IMG/VR virus record: IMGVR_UViG_3300048586_000548
Coordinates: 29,494-93,493 of that record
Direction: 5' to 3' (one strand)
Length of the DNA stretch: 64,000 nucleotides
Source of the DNA: a virus
The notes below the pieces were generated by a model that was given only the letters and a program-made list of their open reading frames with translations, was not told where the DNA came from and ran no database searches. The translations under genes were made by a program, and so were the position numbers. Positions within the stretch are counted from its first letter, which is position 1. Every line of letters starts with the position of its first letter. Shown here one piece after another: positions 1 to 8,678 of this stretch.

Positions 1-794
1 TCGAGCGGTTCAAGGACTTCCACGAAGTGCCGACACGTCGGTACTGGGCGTTCCGAGGTACCCACGCCCACGCCATCGTGGAGGGTGCGCAGGACTTGAT
101 CGCGCAGTACGGCTGGCTGCAAGAGATTCGGATGGCCACGGAGTTGACGTACGATCTGCCGCAGCCCGTGTTCGAGAACGGCGTGTGGACCGGCGACTTT
201 GATTCCACCCAAGACCTGATCATCAAGGTCCGGGGCACGTGTGACGCGTATAACCCGTTGCGGGGTCCGGACTTGGTGGACTGTAAGTCGATGGCGGACA
301 AGAAGGTCGACATGATGATCAAGGGGTCCACCCCCGGCACGTACAGCAAGAACCTGCAGGACAGCTGGGTGGCCCAGCTCAACATTTACCGGTACCTGAT
401 CAGCAAGACCCCGGTGCCTGCCGAGGTGCACGCGGCGTACGCGTCCTTCGGGCTGCCTGCGCTCACGGATCCGTTGTTCCCGGCCCCGGAGCGGTTGTTC
501 ATCCAGGGCATTGCGATGATGTCGCACCCGGTGAGCGGGTCGCGGCTGGCCCACAAGCAGTACGGCAAGTACACGATCTACGACATCGACCACGTGCCGG
601 TGTGGTCGCTGCAGGACATTGAAGACTTCATCCGGCCGCAGGCGCTGATGTGGTACAAGGCGCTGAACATGAAGCAGACCCCGCCGGTGGTCCCGAAGGA
701 CAAGGACTGGCTGTGCCGGAGCTGCGCATTTGAGGGAAAAGACTGCTTCCCCGCGGACGAGCGCGGCCAGGAAGCCCCCTTCCCCGGGCCGTAA
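1..794 (+). CDS. Cas4-like / RecB-family PD-(D/E)XK exonuclease (5' partial)
   Basis: RGTHAHAIVE, GTCD..DLVDCKS, QLNIY motifs and C-terminal CRSC..C cysteine cluster; the reading frame is open back to the window start. Confidence 0.8.
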   Translation, partial: ERFKDFHEVPTRRYWAFRGTHAHAIVEGAQDLIAQYGWLQEIRMATELTYDLPQPVFENGVWTGDFDSTQDLIIKVRGTCDAYNPLRGPDLVDCKSMADKKVDMMIKGSTPGTYSKNLQDSWVAQLNIYRYLISKTPVPAEVHAAYASFGLPALTDPLFPAPERLFIQGIAMMSHPVSGSRLAHKQYGKYTIYDIDHVPVWSLQDIEDFIRPQALMWYKALNMKQTPPVVPKDKDWLCRSCAFEGKDCFPADERGQEAPFPGP

Positions 795-847
795 GGTTTT
801 CGTCCGCTCGTCGAATAGGGTTGCACCGCTTACTGGAGCGCAACCCT

Positions 848-1249
848 ATGACGAGCAATCTCTCAGACGCTTTCACCTCCGCCTACACGCTGGCCTACAC
901 GGCCCGCGTGGCGCAGGGGAACGTCGTCGGAGAAGGCTCAGCGCCCTTCCGAGCGGTGTTCAGCGCGCTGGTGGCTGGGGCCCAGCGATGGGCGGACACC
1001 CTGAGCGATCGGCACACCGACCGGTACGAGCTGTTGACGGTCTCTCCGATCACCCCCTCACCCAGTTTGGAAATTTCCCACCCGCTGGGCTTGGCTCATC
1101 AGGTGGAGCGCGCGCTGCACAACTTCCAGATCCTGCTCGCAGCGTTGCGGATCCCCTACCTGGACGATCCGCTGACGCTCGCAGTGTTGACAGAGGTGCA
1201 GCGGGAGGCTGCGCACCTGTCCCGGACGCTTTCTGCCCAGATGGGCTAA
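848..1249 (+). CDS. hypothetical protein
   Basis: ATG at 848 after GGAG; GC3-rich codons; fits the operon. Confidence 0.6.
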   Translation: MTSNLSDAFTSAYTLAYTARVAQGNVVGEGSAPFRAVFSALVAGAQRWADTLSDRHTDRYELLTVSPITPSPSLEISHPLGLAHQVERALHNFQILLAALRIPYLDDPLTLAVLTEVQREAAHLSRTLSAQMG

Positions 1250-1272
1250 ACCACTTTTTCAGCGAGCAAACT

Positions 1273-1773
1273 ATGGCGAAGACTCTGCGCTTTCGGGTGC
1301 ACAACTGCAAGGCTGTCAGCAAGAACTCCCTGATGGTGTTCGATCTGGCGATCGGCTATCAGGACGAGGACACGTTCGTGGGCGTCGTGGACGTGCGCGG
1401 CTGCTGGCTCAAGCAGAAGAACGACGGCTCCGGCAACTACGTGTCGTTCCCCTCGAAGCAGCGCTTTACGCGGGACGGTGAAGCGGTGAAGGACGACAAC
1501 GGGTACAACGTCTACGACAACATCGTGGATCTGTACCTCGAACTGGGGGCCAATCCCGACAAGGCAGACAAGCGGGCGCCGACCAAGGCGGCCTGGGCCT
1601 TTCGGAAGTGGCTGATCGACGAGGCCACGAAGATGTACAAGGAGCTGGGGGCCTCGGCTCCGGCCGCGGCCGCTCCGGCGGCGAAGCCTGCCAGCAAGCC
1701 CGCGAGCAAGCCTGCCCCGGCGCCCATGCCGGATGCGGATGATGACGACGGGGACGGCGGCTACCCCTTCTGA
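1273..1773 (+). CDS. SpoVG-like nucleic-acid binding protein with SSB-like acidic C-terminal tail (putative phage SSB)
   Basis: VDVRGCWL..YVSFPSKQ..GY.VYDNIV resembles SpoVG; Ala/Pro/Lys linker; ends DADDDDGDGGYPF. Confidence 0.65.
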   Translation: MAKTLRFRVHNCKAVSKNSLMVFDLAIGYQDEDTFVGVVDVRGCWLKQKNDGSGNYVSFPSKQRFTRDGEAVKDDNGYNVYDNIVDLYLELGANPDKADKRAPTKAAWAFRKWLIDEATKMYKELGASAPAAAAPAAKPASKPASKPAPAPMPDADDDDGDGGYPF

Positions 1774-2114
1774 TGACGGACCGACCGGCACTGAGCTACG
1801 CCGCGGTGGCGGTCACCCTGGAGCTCTCCCGGCTGCGCAGCAGCTTGCGGGTCGGGATGGCTCTGGTCCAGCGGTTCCCCCAGGAAGACGACTGGTGGGC
1901 GCTGCTGGACGACCCCGAGATCATTGACAGTTTGAACGCCCTGGCGGAAGTGGTGAACGACATGCGCGTGGATACGGCTGAGGCCACCACGGCAGAAGAA
2001 GTGGCTGCAGGAGTGGCTGCGCACCATGACCGGGCGGTAGAAGCGGTGAGTTTGGTGGCGGAGGTGTTGGGCGTGCCGAGTGAGGATCTCTTGGCCGTGC
2101 TGGCCGAAGCCTAA
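1773..2114 (+). CDS. hypothetical protein
   Basis: TGATG coupling to the upstream gene; helical 113-aa ORF. Confidence 0.6.
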   Translation: MTDRPALSYAAVAVTLELSRLRSSLRVGMALVQRFPQEDDWWALLDDPEIIDSLNALAEVVNDMRVDTAEATTAEEVAAGVAAHHDRAVEAVSLVAEVLGVPSEDLLAVLAEA

Positions 2115-2139
2115 GCCGTCGTAGGACTAACCACACAAT

Positions 2140-2165
2140 CGAAAACTCGTGGTGGGGTCGACCTA
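2140..2165 (+). promoter_or_regulatory. candidate phage-sigma promoter CGAAA-N14-CGACCTA, with the -10 box inside hairpin 2149-2178
   Basis: Intergenic, upstream of nrdJ; matches the motif seen at six other intergenic sites, but with a spacer 1 nt shorter. Confidence 0.45.
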
Positions 2166-2193
2166 CTGATCCCACTACTCACTGAGGGTTTGC

Positions 2194-5100
2194 ATGCGCA
2201 CGCCACCGTTCACGCTGTCTGACGACTTTTTGGCCCCCTACCAGACCATCACTCCGCCCTTCGGCTTCAACGGCCTGGGGGAGTTGGTGTATTTGCGGAC
2301 GTACAGCCGCGTCAAAGCGGACGGCACGCAAGAACGGTGGTGGGAAACCGTGCGCCGCGTGGTGGAAGGCACGTACACCATGCAGAAGCGCTGGATCACT
2401 GAACACCACCTGGGCTGGAGCGAGCGCAAGGCGCAGCGCTCGGCGCAGGAGATGTACGATCGCATGTTCTACATGAAGTTCCTGCCGCCGGGTCGCGGGC
2501 TGTGGGCCATGGGCTCGCCGCTGACGGAAGGTCGGGAGACTTTTGCGGCCTTGAACAACTGCAGTTTTGTCAGCACGAAGGACCTGGCATCGGACCTGGC
2601 TGATCCGTTCACGTTCCTGATGGACGCCTCGATGCTGGGCATCGGGGTGGGCTTCGACACCGCTGGGGCAGGCATGCTGGCGCTGCACGCGCCGAACCCG
2701 CTGCTGGCTGAGACTTACGTCGTGCCGGACACCCGTGAAGGCTGGGTGGAAGCCTTGAAGCTGAAGCTGCTGTCGTACTTCTGCCCGGATCAGGGTGTGG
2801 TGGAGTACGACTTCTCGCTGGTGCGTCCCGAGGGGGAGCCCATTAAGGGCTTCGGTGGGGTGGCGGCGGGCCCTGGTCCGCTTAAGGACCTGCTGGGCGC
2901 CGTGGACGGGGTGCTCGAGCGCGAGCGGGCAACCGGCGACGGCACGTTGAGCGTGACTGGGATCACAGACATTTGCAACCTGACCGCCAAGTGCGTGGTA
3001 GCAGGTAACGTGCGTCGAAGTGCTCTCATTAGTTTCGGCGAAGCCGACGACGAGGAATTCCTCGACCTGAAGAATTACGAAGTGAATCCGCATCGCGCTG
3101 CATACGGGTGGACCAGCAACAACTCGGTGTTCGCCAAGCTTGGCATGGACTACGGTCCGAGCACTGAGCGCGTGGTGCGCAACGGTGAGCCGGGATACAT
3201 GTGGCTGGAGAACGCGCAGGCCTACAGTCGCATGGTGGACGAGGCCGATTTCAAGGACGCGCGCGTGATGGGGACCAACCCCTGTGGTGAACAAGGATTG
3301 GAATCGTATGAGCTGTGCTGTGTCTCGGCCGACACTCGGATCCATACTCGCGCAGGTGCGCTGCCGATTGGAGACCTCGTTGGGCAAGCTGTCGAGGTCT
3401 GGAACGGTGCAGAGTGGTCGGAAGTCACACCATACCTCGCGGGGTACAACAAGCAGATGTACCGGGTTACGCTGTCTGACGGCTCGTTTCTCGATGTGAC
3501 CGACAACCATCGTTGGCTGGCGCGCCCCGACACAGCCCGCAAGTTCCGGGACATGACAACTCTGCAGCTGACGCCCGGCGATGTATTGCCTGAGTTCTCA
3601 CTGGGAGACGTCGTTGGCGAAGCGCAGCCGATGGCGTACGAGTACGGCTTTTTTGCGGGTGATGGATACATGGACAAGGGTGTCCCCATGCTGGCGCTGT
3701 TCGGGGAGGCGAAACAGTCTATCACAAGCTCCATCTCGGGGCGCGTCTATGCGGAGGAGTTCCCGAAGGGGTACAACGTTTCGCGTCAGCGTGTCAACTT
3801 GGTGGACGTGTGTGATGCTGCGCTTGCGACACAGCTTCGGCGCAGTGACGGTCTTCCCGCGGAGGTGTTTACCTGGGACCGCGAGAGTACGGCGCAGTTT
3901 ATCGCTGGATACATCGATGCTGACGGGTCCATTAGCAATTCCGGAACGGGCGGGGAAGGGCTCAAACTGCACGGCCCTGAAGGAAAGATGCGTGACGTGC
4001 AAACGCTGCTGCGGCGTATTGGTGTTGACCACGCGTCCGTGTATGTACTCAAGGGCCAGAAGAGCACGCTGACCATCAATGGCCGGGAGACGCATCGCAA
4101 TTATGACCAGTGGGTTTGCCAGGTCCCCTCCTTCGAGGCGGATGCGGTACCCACTCGGGTCAAAGTGCGTTCTTCCACCGCGAGTCGGTTTGCAAAGAAC
4201 AATGCCCACCCTGAGGGTGCGCTGATTGACCGCGCACGGAAGCAGCGGGTGGTCAGCATTGTGCCGTTGGGTATGCAGGACAGCTACTGCTTCACCGAAC
4301 CGAAGCGCGGTATGGGCGTGTTCGGCAACGTACTGACCTACCAGTGCCTGGTGGAAACGTTCCCAACAAACCACGACTCGCTTGAAGACTATCAGCGCAC
4401 CTTGAAGTTCGCGTACTTGTACGGCAAGACGGTCACCCTCGGACGCACGCACTGGGAGCGCACGAACCGGGTGATGCTCCGCAACCGCCGCATCGGATTG
4501 TCGCAGTCGGGCATTCAGCAGGCCGTGGCGAAGCTGGGCATCGAGGAGTACCGAGAGTGGTGCGAGGCAGGATACGCCACCGTGCAGTACTACGACAAGG
4601 TGTATTCAGAGTGGCTGGCGATTCCGCGCTCGATCAAGGTCACCACGGTCAAGCCCTCGGGGTCGGTGTCGCTGCTGGCAGGCGCCACGCCGGGTATGCA
4701 CTGGCCGGAGGCGTTGACGTACGTGCGCCGCATGCGCCTGGGCCGCAACAGCGATCTGCTGCCTGCACTGCAGGCCGCGGGGTATCCGATCGAACCCGCG
4801 GTGGGCAGTGAAGACTCGACGTTGGTGGTGGAGATTCCGGTCCGCATCGGCGATGCCGTGCGCCCAGCCCACCAAGTGTCGATGTGGGAACAGCTGGCGA
4901 TGGCCGCGTTTCTCCAGCGCTACTGGTCGGATAACCAGGTCTCGGCGACGGTCACCTTTGATCCGGCGACGGAAGGTCCGCAGCTGGCGCATGCGCTGGA
5001 CTACTACCAGTACCAGCTCAAGGGCATTTCGTGCTTGCCGCGCACGCCTGCCGGGGCCTACGCCCAGATGCCATACGAGGCGATCACGGTCGAGGAATAC

Positions 5101-5199
5101 GAAGCACGTGCCGCGGCGCTGACCCCCGTGCAGTTCGGGTCGACGCACGACGAGGCCGTGCCTGAGCGATTCTGCTCTAATGACACCTGTACGGTGTAA
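2194..5199 (+). CDS. nrdJ: class II (B12-dependent, monomeric RTPR-type) ribonucleotide reductase containing an intein
   Basis: FLPPGRGLW, ALNNC, VVAGNVRRSA, TNPCGEQ thiyl-radical motif, TTVKPSGSVS, C-terminal CSNDTC redox pair. Confidence 0.95.
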   Translation: MRTPPFTLSDDFLAPYQTITPPFGFNGLGELVYLRTYSRVKADGTQERWWETVRRVVEGTYTMQKRWITEHHLGWSERKAQRSAQEMYDRMFYMKFLPPGRGLWAMGSPLTEGRETFAALNNCSFVSTKDLASDLADPFTFLMDASMLGIGVGFDTAGAGMLALHAPNPLLAETYVVPDTREGWVEALKLKLLSYFCPDQGVVEYDFSLVRPEGEPIKGFGGVAAGPGPLKDLLGAVDGVLERERATGDGTLSVTGITDICNLTAKCVVAGNVRRSALISFGEADDEEFLDLKNYEVNPHRAAYGWTSNNSVFAKLGMDYGPSTERVVRNGEPGYMWLENAQAYSRMVDEADFKDARVMGTNPCGEQGLESYELCCVSADTRIHTRAGALPIGDLVGQAVEVWNGAEWSEVTPYLAGYNKQMYRVTLSDGSFLDVTDNHRWLARPDTARKFRDMTTLQLTPGDVLPEFSLGDVVGEAQPMAYEYGFFAGDGYMDKGVPMLALFGEAKQSITSSISGRVYAEEFPKGYNVSRQRVNLVDVCDAALATQLRRSDGLPAEVFTWDRESTAQFIAGYIDADGSISNSGTGGEGLKLHGPEGKMRDVQTLLRRIGVDHASVYVLKGQKSTLTINGRETHRNYDQWVCQVPSFEADAVPTRVKVRSSTASRFAKNNAHPEGALIDRARKQRVVSIVPLGMQDSYCFTEPKRGMGVFGNVLTYQCLVETFPTNHDSLEDYQRTLKFAYLYGKTVTLGRTHWERTNRVMLRNRRIGLSQSGIQQAVAKLGIEEYREWCEAGYATVQYYDKVYSEWLAIPRSIKVTTVKPSGSVSLLAGATPGMHWPEALTYVRRMRLGRNSDLLPALQAAGYPIEPAVGSEDSTLVVEIPVRIGDAVRPAHQVSMWEQLAMAAFLQRYWSDNQVSATVTFDPATEGPQLAHALDYYQYQLKGISCLPRTPAGAYAQMPYEAITVEEYEARAAALTPVQFGSTHDEAVPERFCSNDTCTV
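3319..4344 (+). mobile_element. intein (342 aa) with LAGLIDADG homing endonuclease; C-terminal Gln
   Basis: Interrupts ELC|CLVE; begins CVSADT, contains YGFFAGDG and FIAGYIDADGS, ends GVFGNVLTYQ followed by +1 Cys. Confidence 0.92.
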
Positions 5200-5209
5200 G
5201 GGGACGACG

Positions 5210-5533
5210 ATGCACCACAACACCAAGCCGCTCTTCGAAGACATGCACGTGTGCTGCTTCCACCAGCAGTCCAGCTACGGCACGACCTACGGGGCGTACT
5301 CGGAGATTTGCTGCCACTGCGGCGCGCACCGGATGCGGTACCCGGGCGTGCCGGAAGGGCACGGGCCGTACTACCCGCGGGACAACACCTGGATTCCGTA
5401 CACACCGTTCTCGGGCGGCACCACGAGCGGCTCAGGAACGTCCTGGACGTTCGCCGAGTGTGCGAAGGACTGCCAACACCTGAACGACGGACGGTGCACG
5501 TGCGGCCCGACGATCACCAGGGCGCAGCCGTGA
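5210..5533 (+). CDS. Cys/His-rich hypothetical protein
   Basis: ATG at 5210 after AAGGGG; CCHC and C-x3-C..CTC clusters. Confidence 0.55.
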   Translation: MHHNTKPLFEDMHVCCFHQQSSYGTTYGAYSEICCHCGAHRMRYPGVPEGHGPYYPRDNTWIPYTPFSGGTTSGSGTSWTFAECAKDCQHLNDGRCTCGPTITRAQP

Positions 5534-5799
5534 CCGAGCTGTACTACTTCTTCGACCCGCGGGACAAGGCGTGTACGGTTGGTGAACGCGTGGCGGCTGT
5601 TGCCGCCGCGCTGGAGCTGCCGATGCAGTCGCTGAGCGCGCGGGACGCTCCGGCCGGACGGTTGGTCCTGGCGTTTGGGCTGTTGGACATTCCCGCGGTC
5701 GTCGTGGTGCGCGACAAGCACTACGTGGCGACGATCGACGGGGCGGACCTGCGAAATGCGGTGCGCCTGGAGCGGCGCATCGCCCGGCTGATCGCGTGA
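5530..5799 (+). CDS. thioredoxin/glutaredoxin-fold protein with a degenerate active site (DKAC)
   Basis: GTGA coupling; LYYFFDPRDKAC..FGLLDIPAVVVVRD..IDG resembles the thioredoxin fold with its cis-Pro motif; lies close to nrdJ. Confidence 0.55.
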   Translation: MTELYYFFDPRDKACTVGERVAAVAAALELPMQSLSARDAPAGRLVLAFGLLDIPAVVVVRDKHYVATIDGADLRNAVRLERRIARLIA

Positions 5800-5936
5800 G
5801 CACGAAGAAGGCGGGCATGCTGACCACCTCGAAAGAGTGGGCCAAGCATTTGCGCGCGTACTGGAAGCGGAAATTCTGGAAACAAGAACGGAAAGCGGCG
5901 AAGACCTACACCAAGAAAGCCCCCTATGTCGATTAA
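5796..5936 (+). CDS. small basic protein (46 aa)
   Basis: Manual translation MSTKKAGMLTTSKEWAKHLRAYWKRKFWKQERKAAK..; overlapping start/stop coupling. Confidence 0.55.
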   Translation: MSTKKAGMLTTSKEWAKHLRAYWKRKFWKQERKAAKTYTKKAPYVD

Positions 5937-6093
5937 GCTGCTCGGGTGGGCCCTGGTGCTCGCGCTGTACGTGACCGTCCTGAGCTGGTTGTTGGAAGAT
6001 CAAGGGACGTGCACCTGCACCGATTGTGGGGCGCGCTTTCCGCAGGGACGTCACAAGTGCCCGCAGACGGGCCGAACCAAGGTGTGCCGATGA
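5926..6093 (+). CDS. small membrane protein with C-terminal Zn-finger (55 aa)
   Basis: N-terminal hydrophobic helix, then CTDC..HKC..C; ATGA coupling to the next gene. Confidence 0.5.
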   Translation: MSIKLLGWALVLALYVTVLSWLLEDQGTCTCTDCGARFPQGRHKCPQTGRTKVCR

Positions 6094-6782
6094 TTGTGTT
6101 CCTGGGAGACTTGCACGGCCGGTGGCAACGCCTGGAAGAACTCGACGTGCTCCTGGAACCCGGCGTGCCGGTGGTGCAGGTCGGGGATCTGGGCTGGTGG
6201 CCGCACTTGGTGCCGTACTGGGAAGCCTTGGGCCGGAGCCTGCAGCGCCCGGTGTATTGGATCGACGGTAATCACGAACATTTCCCGTCGTTGCCGCTGG
6301 AGGCGACGCGCCCCGTGGAACTCGCGCCGAACATGCACTATGTCCCGCGCGGCACGATCCTGGAGCTGAACAACCTGCGGTTGGGGTGCATTGGTGGGGC
6401 GTCCAGTGTGAACTACCAAGCGTGCACGGCCGGGGTGGATTGGTTCTGGCAGGAAGAGCTGCGGCCGCGAGACCGGGCGCGCGTCAACGAGTGGGCGCTG
6501 CCCGACGTGGACGTGCTGGTCACCCACGCCGCTCCGCAGTCGGTCGTTAACGTGTACTGCCCAGCGCGTGAGCTTCCGAATTGGGGACTGCCGGTGACGT
6601 GGACGAGCCCGGTCGCGGAGTTCCTCGAAACCACCTGGCAGCGGCTGGGGCAACCCCCGCTGGTGTGTGGTCATTACCACCGACCGGTGCAGCACGACAC
6701 CGTGCGCATTTTGGATATCGAAGAAGCCCTGGATTCGACGACCTGGTTGCGTCGGTTGTTGCTCGTCCAAGAACTCGGGTAG
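6090..6782 (+). CDS. calcineurin-like metallophosphoesterase
   Basis: GDLHG, VGDLG, GNHE, TH and GHYH motifs. Confidence 0.9.
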   Translation: MIVFLGDLHGRWQRLEELDVLLEPGVPVVQVGDLGWWPHLVPYWEALGRSLQRPVYWIDGNHEHFPSLPLEATRPVELAPNMHYVPRGTILELNNLRLGCIGGASSVNYQACTAGVDWFWQEELRPRDRARVNEWALPDVDVLVTHAAPQSVVNVYCPARELPNWGLPVTWTSPVAEFLETTWQRLGQPPLVCGHYHRPVQHDTVRILDIEEALDSTTWLRRLLLVQELG

Positions 6783-6788
6783 CGGTCG

Positions 6789-7175
6789 TCAGGCGGGCGC
6801 CAGCCCGAGCCACACCAACGCGGGGTACCAGTCGTGGAACACCCGCACGTGGGCCAGCACCCCGACCTTGAACAGCACCATCCGCGCGATCCCGGTCTGC
6901 TGGCCGGGGTAGACCACGATCGCGGTACTGCGCTCTTCTAAGAAATCATAGAGCTCGAGGCGTGACACAAACTGCTCGACGTCCGCCTCGGAACGCAGGG
7001 CGCGGATCTGACGAAAATCCAGGAGGACCTTTTGTGTCGTTGCCCACTCGGGCTGTTGGGAAAGCAAACGCAAGGCGGCGACCAAGTCTTCAACGGAACT
7101 GTCTCCCACCCCATGAGCAAAAGCACAGAGCTCCGCAGGGACGAAGTGCCAAGCAAACGGGTACCAGCGTTGCAT
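6789..7175 (-). CDS. STAS/SpoIIAA-like (STAS-SEC14) hypothetical protein, attP-adjacent cargo
   Basis: VLLDFRQ..TAIVV..GIARM..VRVFHD..ALVWL pattern; lower GC than the flanking genes. Confidence 0.45.
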   Translation of the reverse strand: MQRWYPFAWHFVPAELCAFAHGVGDSSVEDLVAALRLLSQQPEWATTQKVLLDFRQIRALRSEADVEQFVSRLELYDFLEERSTAIVVYPGQQTGIARMVLFKVGVLAHVRVFHDWYPALVWLGLAPA

Positions 7176-7260
7176 AAGCCTCGACGCACTTTAGAAGTTG
7201 GGCAGGAATCCTAGGTGACCCCGCCCCCGCGCGCAACCCCTAACGACGTCTCCTGCAGGA

Positions 7261-7284
7261 CAATTGGTGACCCAATTGGTGACC
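7261..7284 (+). repeat. tandem CAATTGGTGACC x2, putative integrase arm-type sites
   Basis: Exact tandem 12-mer; related copies at 7489-7512 and 8679-8700. Confidence 0.75.
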
Positions 7285-7330
7285 GCCCCGCGCAAACCCG
7301 CATTCCATAAGGGCTTTCCGGCTCCGCCTG

Positions 7331-7372
7331 CGCTCCCAAAGCGGACGCGCTACCGGACTGCGCTACGCCCCG
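7331..7372 (-). tRNA. 5' half of tRNA-Pro(UGG) (42 nt), putative attP core; not a complete tRNA
   Basis: Reverse complement CGGGGCG TA GCGC AGTCCGGTA GCGC G TCCGC TTTGGGA GCG gives acceptor 5' strand, D-arm and anticodon arm (TGG); no T-arm or 3' acceptor strand follows. Confidence 0.85.
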
Positions 7373-7488
7373 TGTGACCTAAAAGATTGGTCTTTATGCG
7401 TTTGCAGTGTTTCGTAGTTGTCGCTAACTACTCCCTCCGAATGTTTCACTTTGTTCCAAAACACCCCTAAAACCCTATCATTTTTCGC

Positions 7489-7512
7489 CAATTGGTGACC
7501 AATTGGTGCACC
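7489..7512 (+). repeat. CAATTGGTGACC/AATTGGTGCACC, putative arm-type sites on the other side of the att core
   Basis: Same motif as 7261-7284, immediately past the integrase stop. Confidence 0.7.
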
Positions 7513-7516
7513 CTGT

Positions 7517-8644
7517 TCAGTCCACCTCCATCACCGCGCGGACGTCGGCCTCTGACACCAGCTGGTAGTGGCGCTGCAGGGTTTCGATGTTCTTCCACCC
7601 GCCCGCAAACGCCACGTCCACCACCGGCAGGTGCTTGCGCTTGGTGGCCCACAACCGCCGGTACGGGTGGAACTTTCCACCTTCCAACGGAGGCACACCA
7701 GCTGTCTTTTCTGCGGACTGCAAACACGCCGCGGCGTAGTCGCCGTGCCAGTGCTCCTGGGGGTTGCTGATCTTAGGGAACAACCAAGGCCCTGGCACGT
7801 CGAGGGCTGTACGGGCCTCCAGCAAGGCCGCCAGGCGCGGCTGGAGCCACGAACTCACCGGCACCCACCCTGCCATACCTTCCTTGTCGGACTCCGCGCG
7901 CTTGTACACGCGCTCGAGTTGTACGTCCTCGAGCCGCAGTGCGCACAACGCCGAAACGCGCCACCCCAACGCTTTGACCAGATCCAGCAGCCCACCGAAC
8001 AACCCTTGCGAACCCACCTGGTCTGCCACGGCACGCACCGCGTCGAAGCGCTCGTCCGACGCGATAGGCCGCCGGGGCTGCGGGGTGTCGGGAATCACGA
8101 CCTGCACGAGTGGGCTTCGAGTGATCAGCATCGCGGGGTTCTTCATCCCCAAGTTCACCACCCGACGAAGCCACTCCAAATCCAATCCCACCACGCGATC
8201 GGTGCAGTTGGCCTTGAGCGTCGTGTCCGGAATGTTCAACGTCCCGGCTTTGCGCTGCAGCTTAAAGCGCTCCAAGATCACCGGAGGCAGTGCGTGCACC
8301 GGTTGATGCAGCGGCAACACCGCGCGCCAAATGCGGAGCTCCAGGGCATCGGTCTTGGCCTGCTTGGGGCGGCTCAGGGGCAGCCAATATTGGACGTACC
8401 AGTCCAGGAGCTGGGCCCAGGTCGTGCCCGGATCGCGGGTGGTGCCTTCGCGCACCGCGTACAATTCCGTGGCCAGCTCGAGGGCCGCGGCCTTGGCCTT
8501 CGTGAGCACCTTGTCAGTCAATTGACGGTACCGGCGCTTCCGGGTGTTGGGATCCGTCCAGCGCAGCAACAACGGAGCTCCGGGACGGCGCCGAAGCACC
8601 GCCACCTTCGCGCCGTAGTGTCCCACCGAAGCGAGTTGTTCCAT
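7517..8644 (-). CDS. int: tyrosine recombinase / phage integrase
   Basis: GWRVSAL (R), SDKEG (K), FHPYRR (HxxR), GGWK (W), RHYQ (Y); N-terminal arm-binding-like LRWTDP..RY; start taken at MEQLASV. Confidence 0.9.
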   Translation of the reverse strand: MEQLASVGHYGAKVAVLRRRPGAPLLLRWTDPNTRKRRYRQLTDKVLTKAKAAALELATELYAVREGTTRDPGTTWAQLLDWYVQYWLPLSRPKQAKTDALELRIWRAVLPLHQPVHALPPVILERFKLQRKAGTLNIPDTTLKANCTDRVVGLDLEWLRRVVNLGMKNPAMLITRSPLVQVVIPDTPQPRRPIASDERFDAVRAVADQVGSQGLFGGLLDLVKALGWRVSALCALRLEDVQLERVYKRAESDKEGMAGWVPVSSWLQPRLAALLEARTALDVPGPWLFPKISNPQEHWHGDYAAACLQSAEKTAGVPPLEGGKFHPYRRLWATKRKHLPVVDVAFAGGWKNIETLQRHYQLVSEADVRAVMEVD

Positions 8645-8678
8645 GGGGAAAGAAGCTAGCGGGCCGGGTTCCGTTACA

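Noticed and set aside
730-1272. 347-aa ORF 730-1773 as a single protein
   Set aside because: The N-terminal half overlaps two better-supported genes; the real start is taken at 1273
5283-5290. CGACCTAC within the 5210-5533 gene
   Set aside because: Intragenic with no matching -35 box; probably chance
7290-7372. Complete phage tRNA-Pro gene
   Set aside because: No T-arm (GGTTCRA) or 3' acceptor strand after the anticodon arm; only a 5' fragment
7261-7512. CRISPR-like array from the CAATTGGTGACC repeats, given the Cas4-like gene
   Set aside because: Repeats are 12 bp, tandem and lack regular spacers; no other cas genes; they fit integrase arm sites
7176-7516. Prophage boundary (attL/attR) with host DNA on one side
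   Set aside because: Both flanks carry phage-type genes, so the junction is better read as attP
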